64,000 bases of DNA, from positions 1 to 64,000 of the IMG/VR virus record IMGVR_UViG_3300017781_004450, one strand, 5' to 3'. The stretch's first letter is position 1; each line of letters opens with the position of its first letter. A program made the position numbers and the translations under genes. This document shows positions 55,440 through 63,967 of the stretch, one piece after another. The notes below the pieces were generated by a model. The model did not search any database. It had not been told where the DNA came from and saw nothing but the letters and a program-made list of their open reading frames with translations. The DNA comes from a virus.

Positions 55440-55962
55440 ACATTTAGGAATATGTAACACTATTGATTGGGATAGTGTAATTGATCAATGTGCAAGTGTT
55501 GATCCTGAATATGTAGGACCTAGCCATAAACGTGGTGATACTGTTCCTGGATTAGATCCTATATTAGATATGTGGGAACAAGCAGGATATAAAACTGTAC
55601 ACGAAGGTGGCACAGCAGGTTGGGATATGTTTATTCCAGGCAAACAGTTTGACCAAAGCATAGTTGATGCTTGGAACGAGTTTTACGGATTAGACTGTAA
55701 AAATGTGTGGATAAGTAGAATACACCCAGGACGTTTTGCACCTATTCATTGGGACGTACATGACAATGAAGAAAGTATTCCTGATTGTCCTAGATATCAT
55801 TGCCATATAGGTAGTCCGCAATGGGGGCATATTTTTATTGCAGGCAATGAAACATTTTATAATATTCCACAAGGTGCAACATACGAGTGGGTAGATAGAA
55901 AGATTTGGCACGCCGGAACTAATTGCGGAACAGTGCCTAAGTACATATGGAACGCATGGTAA
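55423..55962 (+). CDS. 2OG-Fe(II)/AspH-like oxygenase
   Basis: PG.FAPIHWD...WHAGTNCG; paralogue of 54295-54867. Confidence 0.65.
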   Translation: MQMQIKHLGICNTIDWDSVIDQCASVDPEYVGPSHKRGDTVPGLDPILDMWEQAGYKTVHEGGTAGWDMFIPGKQFDQSIVDAWNEFYGLDCKNVWISRIHPGRFAPIHWDVHDNEESIPDCPRYHCHIGSPQWGHIFIAGNETFYNIPQGATYEWVDRKIWHAGTNCGTVPKYIWNAW

Positions 55963-56993
55963 TGGAAACAGGAATAGTACAGTGGTTCAATGACGCAAAA
56001 GGTTTTGGCTTTGTCAAGACTGATAAGGGCGATCAGATTATATGTGAGAAATGGCACATGATTAGTGAACCAAAGACTATGAAAGAAAGACAAAAGATTT
56101 CTTTTGAAAGATTTATGTACAACGGTAAAGAACACGCTGGGCAGATAACTGTTTTAGAAGATGATGCCGTTCCGTTGCCAGTATTAAATATGGCTAAAGG
56201 TAGAATATATTGTGAAGAACCTCTTATCATAGTTTTTGACAATGCTGTCTCAGAAGACATGTGTGACGAAATTATTGCTAAACACATTGCAGATGGAATG
56301 AATCCAGACAGCGGAAAGCAGAGCAGACAAGAAAGTTATACACAGGTAACAGAAGATGTGGAACAAAGAGGTATTAGTCTTGGTATGGATCCACATCACT
56401 ATAATACTATTGCAAATTCAATTGTAGATAACTGCGGACTACAACACTCTCATATTGAAGCTATTGACATATACAATTATGATAAAGGTAGATACTTAGA
56501 CTTACACCACGATTATCCTTATTTCCCTGATAAAATTAATTACTACTCTCACGGAAGCAATGATAGAGTAGGAACTGCTATACTGTATCTTAATGATGAC
56601 TACGAAGGTGGCACAACATTCTTTCCAAAGTTAAACGTTGATGTAAAACCTAAGAAAGGAAGCATGTTATACTTTAAGCAATCTTACGATGAAGCCAAGA
56701 ATTGGAGTACAATACACGAAAGTACAGTAATTAGTAAAGGAACAAAATGGATAGCCAGTTGTTTCTTTAGTGAAACAAACAGAGTAGGTTTTACAGACAG
56801 GGAGGACTTTGTGCCAGAAGAAAATCCAACATTTGATGATACATTTTACGTTAAAAAGTTTATGGATATTCAGCGAGGTAACGTAGTGCTATATCGCAAA
56901 CTTAAAAATTTAGAAAACAGTAAACTACGACAGGTAATTGAAAATCATTTAGGTGACGACTTTTTCGATAATCTAGATGACCTAGTAAAATGA
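55962..56993 (+). CDS. Cold-shock domain fused to a prolyl-4-hydroxylase-like 2OG-Fe(II) oxygenase
   Basis: G.V.WFNDAKGFGF (CSD RNP1); HHD...T.ILYLNDDYEGG.T.F...H....V.KG.KW. Confidence 0.85.
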   Translation: METGIVQWFNDAKGFGFVKTDKGDQIICEKWHMISEPKTMKERQKISFERFMYNGKEHAGQITVLEDDAVPLPVLNMAKGRIYCEEPLIIVFDNAVSEDMCDEIIAKHIADGMNPDSGKQSRQESYTQVTEDVEQRGISLGMDPHHYNTIANSIVDNCGLQHSHIEAIDIYNYDKGRYLDLHHDYPYFPDKINYYSHGSNDRVGTAILYLNDDYEGGTTFFPKLNVDVKPKKGSMLYFKQSYDEAKNWSTIHESTVISKGTKWIASCFFSETNRVGFTDREDFVPEENPTFDDTFYVKKFMDIQRGNVVLYRKLKNLENSKLRQVIENHLGDDFFDNLDDLVK

Positions 56994-57439
56994 AATTTTA
57001 TATAGTAGGAAGCAACAAAGGATTAGGATTACATTTACGCAAAGAATTTAATTGCGTAAATTTTGATAGACCTTATGACCTTTCACAAGACATAGATGCT
57101 ATATGCTCTCACATTGATTCTGACAGTGTTGTTATTTTAAACGCACACGCAAAAGGTGCTCAGATCAAATATGTAGAAGCATTAAAGGATAGATGTAGAC
57201 TAGTTGTATGTGGCAGTATTGCTTCAACGTTTAAAGATTTTAGTATGCCAACATACAGTGAACAAAAGTTAGAACTTGAAAATTATGTAGTAGAGCAGTC
57301 GTTGCACAGCAAACATCCTATGCTCTATTTGAGATTAACCAGCAGCAGTTATGCCAACTATGACCTAATTAGTAATACTATTAAGTTTTGGTTAGATAAC
57401 CCAGGCTTTACATTTGCAGGATACGATATAAATGAGTGA
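56990..57439 (+). CDS. Minimal SDR/Rossmann-fold protein
   Basis: VGSNKGLG, LNA, GS, YSEQK. Confidence 0.6.
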   Translation: MKFYIVGSNKGLGLHLRKEFNCVNFDRPYDLSQDIDAICSHIDSDSVVILNAHAKGAQIKYVEALKDRCRLVVCGSIASTFKDFSMPTYSEQKLELENYVVEQSLHSKHPMLYLRLTSSSYANYDLISNTIKFWLDNPGFTFAGYDINE

Positions 57440-58034
57440 AAATAAAATTGTAATTACAGGACATACCAAAGGTATTGGTAAAGCAATATTTGATAAGTTT
57501 ACAGAAGTTAGTTGTCATGAGATTATAGGTATGAGTCGTAGTAACGGTTATGACATTGAAAAAGACTTTGATAAGATTGTACAAGAAGCTACTGGTGCAG
57601 ACTTTTTTGTAAACAATGCATATAGGGACGGACAGCAATTAAAACTGTTCCACGCACTTAAAGACAAAGTGAATATGATGGTTGTTATGGGCAGCGTTAG
57701 TAGACACTATCCTGAGCTTATTCCTACAGACTATGTGCATGATAAACAAGCACTTGCAGAAGCATGTAGGTTAGAGAGTATTAATCCTAACGGCATTCCT
57801 ATACTGCATTTAGATTTAAGTTTTATAGAAGGCACCGAAATACAAGGTGACGATACTACAGCGTTTTTAAGCGATTACAATACACCATTAAATGATATTG
57901 TTGACACAATTATGTTTTGGGCACAGAAGCCTACTATAAGGCAAATTGAATTTAGGTGGAAACTAACTGAACACGTTAGAAAAGAATTAGAACGTATTAA
58001 TCCTAACTTAGACCCATCTAGGGTACAATTCTAA
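57432..58034 (+). CDS. Short-chain dehydrogenase-like protein
   Basis: ITGHTKGIG, NNA, GS, Y..DK. Confidence 0.7.
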   Translation: MSENKIVITGHTKGIGKAIFDKFTEVSCHEIIGMSRSNGYDIEKDFDKIVQEATGADFFVNNAYRDGQQLKLFHALKDKVNMMVVMGSVSRHYPELIPTDYVHDKQALAEACRLESINPNGIPILHLDLSFIEGTEIQGDDTTAFLSDYNTPLNDIVDTIMFWAQKPTIRQIEFRWKLTEHVRKELERINPNLDPSRVQF

Positions 58035-58568
58035 ATTAGCATAAAATTTATCGGGGTGTATTTCCCAAACTGTTTGGTCAGTATGCCTGTAATGCACTTC
58101 TTTGACTTTGCTTACAACACCTATCTTAGCAAGTGTAGGAAAGTATATTGAATGTACTAAACGTTGACTTCCTTCTTTACTTTTGTTTGAAGTTGCATAC
58201 ACTCTACCTTTACCTTTTGTCCATTCTAAACAAGCAGGAAGCATAAACTGATCTGTCAAGTTTTGATGTTCAGCACAAAGCCTATTTGCTTTTACTAATC
58301 CGTTGTGTGGTCTTGCTTCTCCAAACGTACATACTCTTGTAAGTATTCTATATGAGTTAGGCCCCATAACATCATCAAAGGAGTGAGCTGCTACACTCCC
58401 TATTGCTTTGTCATCACTATAAAGTATCCAAGCATTCCATTCACGTTCATTGTGAAAGCAGTCGATCATTACTTTTTGACTTGCGTTATTAACAAAGCCG
58501 CGGCGACCTGCTTCATTGTAAAACTCAGACAAGTCTAAGTCTTTGTGCCACCGTACCATCTTATGCAT
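58008..58568 (-). CDS. GNAT-like protein
   Basis: W......IG..A.H...YRI..R pattern; start inferred at 58568 or 58559. Confidence 0.4.
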   Translation of the reverse strand: MHKMVRWHKDLDLSEFYNEAGRRGFVNNASQKVMIDCFHNEREWNAWILYSDDKAIGSVAAHSFDDVMGPNSYRILTRVCTFGEARPHNGLVKANRLCAEHQNLTDQFMLPACLEWTKGKGRVYATSNKSKEGSQRLVHSIYFPTLAKIGVVSKVKEVHYRHTDQTVWEIHPDKFYANLELYPRWV

Positions 58569-59253
58569 AGATTGCTTTTGCCTTTTCCATAACTTCATCA
58601 GGGAAGTTTGTTTTAAAACTATCAAATGCTAGTAACTGTATTTGTGAATGAGGAGTATCTTTGTTTACGTCGATTCCAGCAGCTTCCATTTTAGGAAATA
58701 AGTCTGCTTGTCTATCTTCACTGATGTGACTCATTACACTGCGTAAACTAATACCAAGATCCTGATCACTATATGTAAAGAAGTAATTAATACTTTTTAG
58801 TTTCCCCTCAACTACAAAATAACTGCTAGGGTGCATACTGTATTTGTACAACCCCAAGTCCTTGTGTGCTTGAATAATCTCAAGCATTTGTTCTTCCCAA
58901 TTATCAACTACACTGTAGTCGTTACCTTCACAGCCTGCTAGTTCCCACATGTCAGGCCCATCAATTTTTAAGTATAATTTTTTATTGATAAAGTCAATAT
59001 CTTGTATTTCTGGCACATGCTGTGGGTACTTCATTTCCATTTGCTGTATAAAGTTAATTTCACGTAACCATTTTTCCTCCATTAGGTTAGGATCCACTAC
59101 TTGATTATGCCCGCCATGATATTGTTCATCATTGTAGTACCATTGGCAAAATGTCTTTTTATCCTTACTAATCAAACTGGTGTATATTAGATTATTTCGG
59201 CATTGACCTTTACCAGGAACTGTGTTATAATAATATTCAAAGTTGTTACTCAT
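58561..59253 (-). CDS. Kinase-like-fold protein, paralogue of 53619-54302
   Basis: Shared Y..L.S.D.KTFC..Y, PE..DID....K.Y and G.YK..M.P motifs; TAAATA-N5-ATG. Confidence 0.45.
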   Translation of the reverse strand: MSNNFEYYYNTVPGKGQCRNNLIYTSLISKDKKTFCQWYYNDEQYHGGHNQVVDPNLMEEKWLREINFIQQMEMKYPQHVPEIQDIDFINKKLYLKIDGPDMWELAGCEGNDYSVVDNWEEQMLEIIQAHKDLGLYKYSMHPSSYFVVEGKLKSINYFFTYSDQDLGISLRSVMSHISEDRQADLFPKMEAAGIDVNKDTPHSQIQLLAFDSFKTNFPDEVMEKAKAIYA

Positions 59254-59258
59254 AGTAC

Positions 59259-59274
59259 TATTTAACGGTAAGTA
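59259..59274. promoter_or_regulatory. Back-to-back late promoter boxes
   Basis: TAAATA on - (59259-59264) and TAAGTA on + (59269-59274), each 5 nt from an ATG. Confidence 0.7.
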
Positions 59275-59279
59275 TATAC

Positions 59280-60095
59280 ATGATTAGAGGAATTGGCGGA
59301 AAGCCTTACATTAACTTAGATTCACACCTAGACATTTCGTCTTTCAAAGATCTGCATCCTGAGATTGCTAGAGGGTTTGCATTAGCAAGAGATTATGCAA
59401 AAGAAGGTACTTGGATGGCTCCTGGCTTTGAATGGAAGGATAGCAGTTATATTCTTAATTGGAAACCAATTTACAAAGCATGGGACGAGTATCAAGCATT
59501 AGATGATAACGATCCTATTAAAATCGAAGGTAACAAAATATTGCCTACAGACTTTGGCGATTACAAACAGCGTAATATATTCACACGCTATTTAAAAGCA
59601 ACAATGGGTGCTAATGATCCATACATTTACTACTTCCTTTGGAATGAAGGTGACTGGAATGAACGTAACGCTGAAAGACAAAAGACTGAAGAAAGCAAAT
59701 ACTTTCCAGGTGTCGTAAAATGGGTAGAAGATTTACAAGCAAATAATATCATTGAACGCATTGGTAGAGTTATTTTCTTTCACTGCGATCATAATGGTAG
59801 AGCATTTGAACACAGAGACCTAGATGCAGACAACGGAGTACACGATGATAAACAATATAGTCCGCACAATAATGAATTCATACATATACGCTATCGCACA
59901 AAGAGAGGATTTTATATTTGGGATCCAGAGAGCGAGAACAAACATTACTTAAACTGTAACGCTGCTTTTTGGAATGACCAAGACTGGCACGGCGGAGAAA
60001 ACAGTGTAGAAGTTGAATACGGTTTACGCATTGACTGTAAATTTACAAACGATTTTAGAAAGAGGCTAGGGATTGATCATCTCAAAACATATTAG
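59280..60095 (+). CDS. 2OG-Fe(II) oxygenase-like protein
   Basis: EHRD...WHGG...RID. Confidence 0.6.
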   Translation: MIRGIGGKPYINLDSHLDISSFKDLHPEIARGFALARDYAKEGTWMAPGFEWKDSSYILNWKPIYKAWDEYQALDDNDPIKIEGNKILPTDFGDYKQRNIFTRYLKATMGANDPYIYYFLWNEGDWNERNAERQKTEESKYFPGVVKWVEDLQANNIIERIGRVIFFHCDHNGRAFEHRDLDADNGVHDDKQYSPHNNEFIHIRYRTKRGFYIWDPESENKHYLNCNAAFWNDQDWHGGENSVEVEYGLRIDCKFTNDFRKRLGIDHLKTY

Positions 60096-60099
60096 AAAC

Positions 60100-60600
60100 A
60101 TGGAGTGGATAGGTAACTTCGGTAAGGATCTAAGCAGAGACCTTAATGACCTTGTGATGATTACAGAAGGACAAGCCCGTCCTGGAGATTGGAAACCTGT
60201 AAACGAAGTTGAAAAAGCACTTTGGGAAAAAGGAAAATCCGCACTAGATTTTAGTAAGACAATGTGGTATGTATACGAGCAACAAGACCTACAGATAGAT
60301 TTAACATTTCCTTGGGCAGACGGTAAATGTCATTGGTGGATTACTAAACTTCTACCTGGGCAAATGATGCCTATGCACACAGATCCACATACTCATGATG
60401 ATCAAAACTGTAAACGTTATTGGGTTCCTTTACAAGATTTTATTCCGGGACATGTTTTTATATACGGTAACTCAATGGTAGCAAATTACAAGAGAGGTGA
60501 TGTGTTCCAATATGAAAACTCACAAGACGAACACGGTGCTGCTAATCTTTCTTTTGTTCCAAGAATAGTATTACAGGTGACTGAATACTCATGCCACTAA
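60100..60600 (+). CDS. 2OG-Fe(II)/AspH-like oxygenase
   Basis: PGQMMPMHTD...HGAAN....R..LQ. Confidence 0.7.
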   Translation: MEWIGNFGKDLSRDLNDLVMITEGQARPGDWKPVNEVEKALWEKGKSALDFSKTMWYVYEQQDLQIDLTFPWADGKCHWWITKLLPGQMMPMHTDPHTHDDQNCKRYWVPLQDFIPGHVFIYGNSMVANYKRGDVFQYENSQDEHGAANLSFVPRIVLQVTEYSCH

Positions 60601-61223
60601 CAATAGGATTTTACGGAGATAGTTTCTGTTGCGAAACATCTAACCCACATAGCATTGCAAAAAGTTACGATACTTATATTGAAAAACTAAGAAATCATCA
60701 CGATGCAAAAATTACAAATTTAGGATATGGCGGAAGCTCAGTGTGGGATGTCATGTTAAAACAATTTAATGAAAGTGATGTACCTGATATTTCTATCTTT
60801 TGCTGGACAGACTATAACAGGTTGTACGATGCTAAACTTAGAAACATTACAAAAGGCAGTATTGAAAACAAACAATGGAAGGATTATTCTTTCAAGGATT
60901 TATTCTTTCGTAAAAAAATTAATGCAGCAGCAGAATATTTTAAACATTTACACGACTACGAAAAAGCAAGTGTTGAGCAAAAAGCAGCACTGCAATACTT
61001 TGACCTAAATGTATTAAGCAAGGTAAAAAGTAAAATAATCCATATGTGGAGTTTTGAAAAAACATATGATTGGAAACACGGAGTTGAAATAGAAACTCCT
61101 TTGTATAATTTTGTTGATCAAGACATAAAAGGGTTTGACACATGGGCAGCCAACCATATAGGTGGTAACAAAAATAATCAAGATGTGTTTGAGTTAATTA
61201 ATGCCCAGCATCAGCTTTCATAG
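60591..61223 (+). CDS. SGNH/GDSL hydrolase-like protein
   Basis: YGDSF, NLG.GG.S, WT...R, terminal NH. Confidence 0.65.
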   Translation: MPLTIGFYGDSFCCETSNPHSIAKSYDTYIEKLRNHHDAKITNLGYGGSSVWDVMLKQFNESDVPDISIFCWTDYNRLYDAKLRNITKGSIENKQWKDYSFKDLFFRKKINAAAEYFKHLHDYEKASVEQKAALQYFDLNVLSKVKSKIIHMWSFEKTYDWKHGVEIETPLYNFVDQDIKGFDTWAANHIGGNKNNQDVFELINAQHQLS

Positions 61224-62292
61224 TAAAGTTAATCTTTACATCAGATACTGTATCTAGTACCTTTAATAATTTGTTTTGTGCAGTTAGCCTTTGTTCTAAA
61301 CTGTACTTTGCTGCTGTGCCTTCATAACAGAATACGTTAGATAAGTTAACCAATGTTTTTAGATTAACATCTAAGTAGTTTATAAGGTTCTGTTCTTCAA
61401 GCAAATTAGTATACACAAACAAGTAATCTATGCCGTCCTTACGTGGACATGTTTCTTTCCAGTAGTCTAGTGCTTTTTTATTATAATCATAAAACACTAC
61501 ACGCCCTTTATCTATTAAGTCTAAGTATAGTGTTCCACTAGCAGGTAGCACAACTTGTTCATACTTTTCTGTAATGCCAGTTGTCCATTCTGTGTTGTCA
61601 GTATGTACGAATTCTTCCTCGCAGTATTTTAATTTGTGATCAATATGTTCTTTCTGTTTTAAAAAGTCCTCTGTGCTTTCAGGATAGTAATGGCATTTGT
61701 TATTACGAATACTATCGTCAAATACAATAACAGGCAAGTTCCATTCAAATGCTACTTTTAATAGATTCCATCCATGACATCTGTTAGCATACGTAACCTG
61801 CTTGTACCCTTTTGCTACAGTTATAGGCGTATAGTCGTCGTGTATGTTGTCTACGCTGCGTTTAGGTTCTAGTTGGGTATGTACTATGTCTTTTTCTAAA
61901 GCGCCTACTGTAGGGCGTTTAAATGCGTTGTAGGCATCCATATTAATTACATAACATTGATGATGCAGTTCATAATAAGCATTGTGCATAGTACGATCTA
62001 ATATATGTCCTGCTACAAAAAAGTCTTGTTCTACTAGTTTATCTAGTGCTTCAAAGAACGCAAAGCCGTTAATAAATTCTGTGCCAGGACTCATTACTAC
62101 TGCATGTTTATAACCTTTTAGATTTTGTAATAGTTGATCTTCGTTTTTACCTATGTTTACTGTATACCCTTTGGTACGCAGATTGGATATTGTAAAGTCA
62201 ACAATATTTCTAATAGTTTGTTTAATGCTATCGTTTTTATATGTATCTATATCATCTACAATACAGAATGCTAATTTGTCATTTAAGTCCAT
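61198..62292 (-). CDS. Hypothetical protein
   Basis: 364 aa; TATAAATA box 6 nt before the ATG. Confidence 0.6.
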   Translation of the reverse strand: MDLNDKLAFCIVDDIDTYKNDSIKQTIRNIVDFTISNLRTKGYTVNIGKNEDQLLQNLKGYKHAVVMSPGTEFINGFAFFEALDKLVEQDFFVAGHILDRTMHNAYYELHHQCYVINMDAYNAFKRPTVGALEKDIVHTQLEPKRSVDNIHDDYTPITVAKGYKQVTYANRCHGWNLLKVAFEWNLPVIVFDDSIRNNKCHYYPESTEDFLKQKEHIDHKLKYCEEEFVHTDNTEWTTGITEKYEQVVLPASGTLYLDLIDKGRVVFYDYNKKALDYWKETCPRKDGIDYLFVYTNLLEEQNLINYLDVNLKTLVNLSNVFCYEGTAAKYSLEQRLTAQNKLLKVLDTVSDVKINFTMKADAGH

Positions 62293-62320
62293 GACAAATA
62301 TTTATAGCATAAATATTGGT

Positions 62321-62968
62321 ATGAACATCGAACTGATAGATCTTAACACATATAAAGACTTCCCTAAATTGCAGCCTTTTATTGATAGTTTTAAAGACTT
62401 TGATATTAATGCTGCGATAAAGTTTTTGGAAGATAAAAATGTCAAAGATACAGAGGATATGGATGCCGAATATTGGCATAATGCTGTCGGTACTGATACA
62501 GGAACAACATATACAAGTAATTGGATAATGCAAGAAGAGGACGAAGAATACCTCGATGATCCTGATGACTTTAAAGGTGCATGGAAATACATAAAATTTT
62601 ATTCACCTGAAGAATATATTCCAGACTTCTTAATGGAGTACTTTAAAAAGCACATTGACGCTTTGGCTTTTGATTATGAAGTTGAACTACATAGCCTTGC
62701 AAGTGGAGCAAGAATAGAGGATCATGTAGATAAGCCAGGAGTTCCTGTAGGTGAGTCTTCTAATAGAAACTTGGTTATTAGTTTGCAATATCCTAAAGGA
62801 CTACCACCTGACACCATAGGTGTTCATGTAGACAATAAAGCGTTTACTCCAGAAGCAGCACCAATGTTTATGTTTGACTCACAGTACCTACACGGTGCGT
62901 GGAACAACTCAGACGAGCCTTGGGTGTTTGCTGTAGTTTATATTCCTAGTGATAAGATAGATTTATAA
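62321..62968 (+). CDS. Aspartyl/asparaginyl beta-hydroxylase-like 2OG-Fe(II) oxygenase
   Basis: GA.I..HVD...FDS...HGAWN; start moved to ATG 62321 (TAAATA-N5-ATG). Confidence 0.7.
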   Translation: MNIELIDLNTYKDFPKLQPFIDSFKDFDINAAIKFLEDKNVKDTEDMDAEYWHNAVGTDTGTTYTSNWIMQEEDEEYLDDPDDFKGAWKYIKFYSPEEYIPDFLMEYFKKHIDALAFDYEVELHSLASGARIEDHVDKPGVPVGESSNRNLVISLQYPKGLPPDTIGVHVDNKAFTPEAAPMFMFDSQYLHGAWNNSDEPWVFAVVYIPSDKIDL

Positions 62969-63967
62969 TCTATTTTTTGCGTACTTGGGTAGTACGTTTT
63001 GTTCATTTTGTTTTACTTGATTAACATTTTTAGGACACATATTACAAGCATCTATATGTGAGTAGTGTGTATTATAAAAATTGTTTATAGCGTCTTGATC
63101 GTTAAGTGTTAAGTCCACCGGTTTGTAATTTAAGTACGGCTGCCAATCTTCATCGTCTAATTGTTTTGTTTTTGTTAGTACATTTTTAAGTGTACCTAAT
63201 GCTCCGCATTTGTAAACTTTCTTGTTAATTAGCATTGCACAAAAACAACTAGGACAACCATTCCAATATGATGATTCAGGATCTCCTTGATTAAACGGCC
63301 TTAATTTTCCTAAGTCATCTCTGTTATGTATTTTTTGAAAACTATGAGCTTCCATATAATATATGCCACTTTTCCCATTCATCCATGCTGCTTCGTTAGG
63401 AGACTCTTCCATGGTTAAGTCCATACCTTTTCGTCTATTAAACTCTTGCCAAGCAGCATTGCCACCTCCCAAGTTCATTATAGAAGACCACCAACTGCTT
63501 GTAGGTTCAACTTTATCATATCCTACACGAGCTGCAAGATCGTATACATTTTCTAACATTTGATTATGCTTTGCTAAAACGTCCCATGCTGCTACATGAC
63601 TACAAATTTGCATCCATACATTATGTTTTGTAATTAACTCTACAGCAAGATCCATTACCTTTGGTTTGTTTAATGCAATACCATTAGTAGGAAAGAAGAT
63701 AACTTTATCTTTTTCTTTTTCTAAACTTCGAATATGTTCAATAATTGCTATAACTGTATCTGTGTATAAGAAAGGTTCTCCGCCTAACACACTCCAACAC
63801 TCTACATTAAACTGTTGGCTAGCAAGTGTAACACTTTCTAAAATGTTATCAAGTGTAGGATCAAATTCTCCGTGTCGTATGTAGTCACTCCTTGTATCGC
63901 AGTGATCACAAGCAAGTTGACATTTGTTGCCGTAGAATATATCTAATATTTTAATACTATCGTTCAT
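62963..63967 (-). CDS. Radical SAM protein
   Basis: CQLACDHC; LGGEP; TNG; C-terminal C..C...KC...C.MC; related to 44096-44959. Confidence 0.88.
   Translation of the reverse strand: MNDSIKILDIFYGNKCQLACDHCDTRSDYIRHGEFDPTLDNILESVTLASQQFNVECWSVLGGEPFLYTDTVIAIIEHIRSLEKEKDKVIFFPTNGIALNKPKVMDLAVELITKHNVWMQICSHVAAWDVLAKHNQMLENVYDLAARVGYDKVEPTSSWWSSIMNLGGGNAAWQEFNRRKGMDLTMEESPNEAAWMNGKSGIYYMEAHSFQKIHNRDDLGKLRPFNQGDPESSYWNGCPSCFCAMLINKKVYKCGALGTLKNVLTKTKQLDDEDWQPYLNYKPVDLTLNDQDAINNFYNTHYSHIDACNMCPKNVNQVKQNEQNVLPKYAKNRL

Noticed and set aside
419-63884. Many 60-150 aa ORFs antisense to or nested in long genes (e.g. 419-733, 4433-4789, 9868-10245, 30424-30792, 54725-55168)
   Set aside because: Shadow frames of well-supported genes, with no RBS, promoter or motif support
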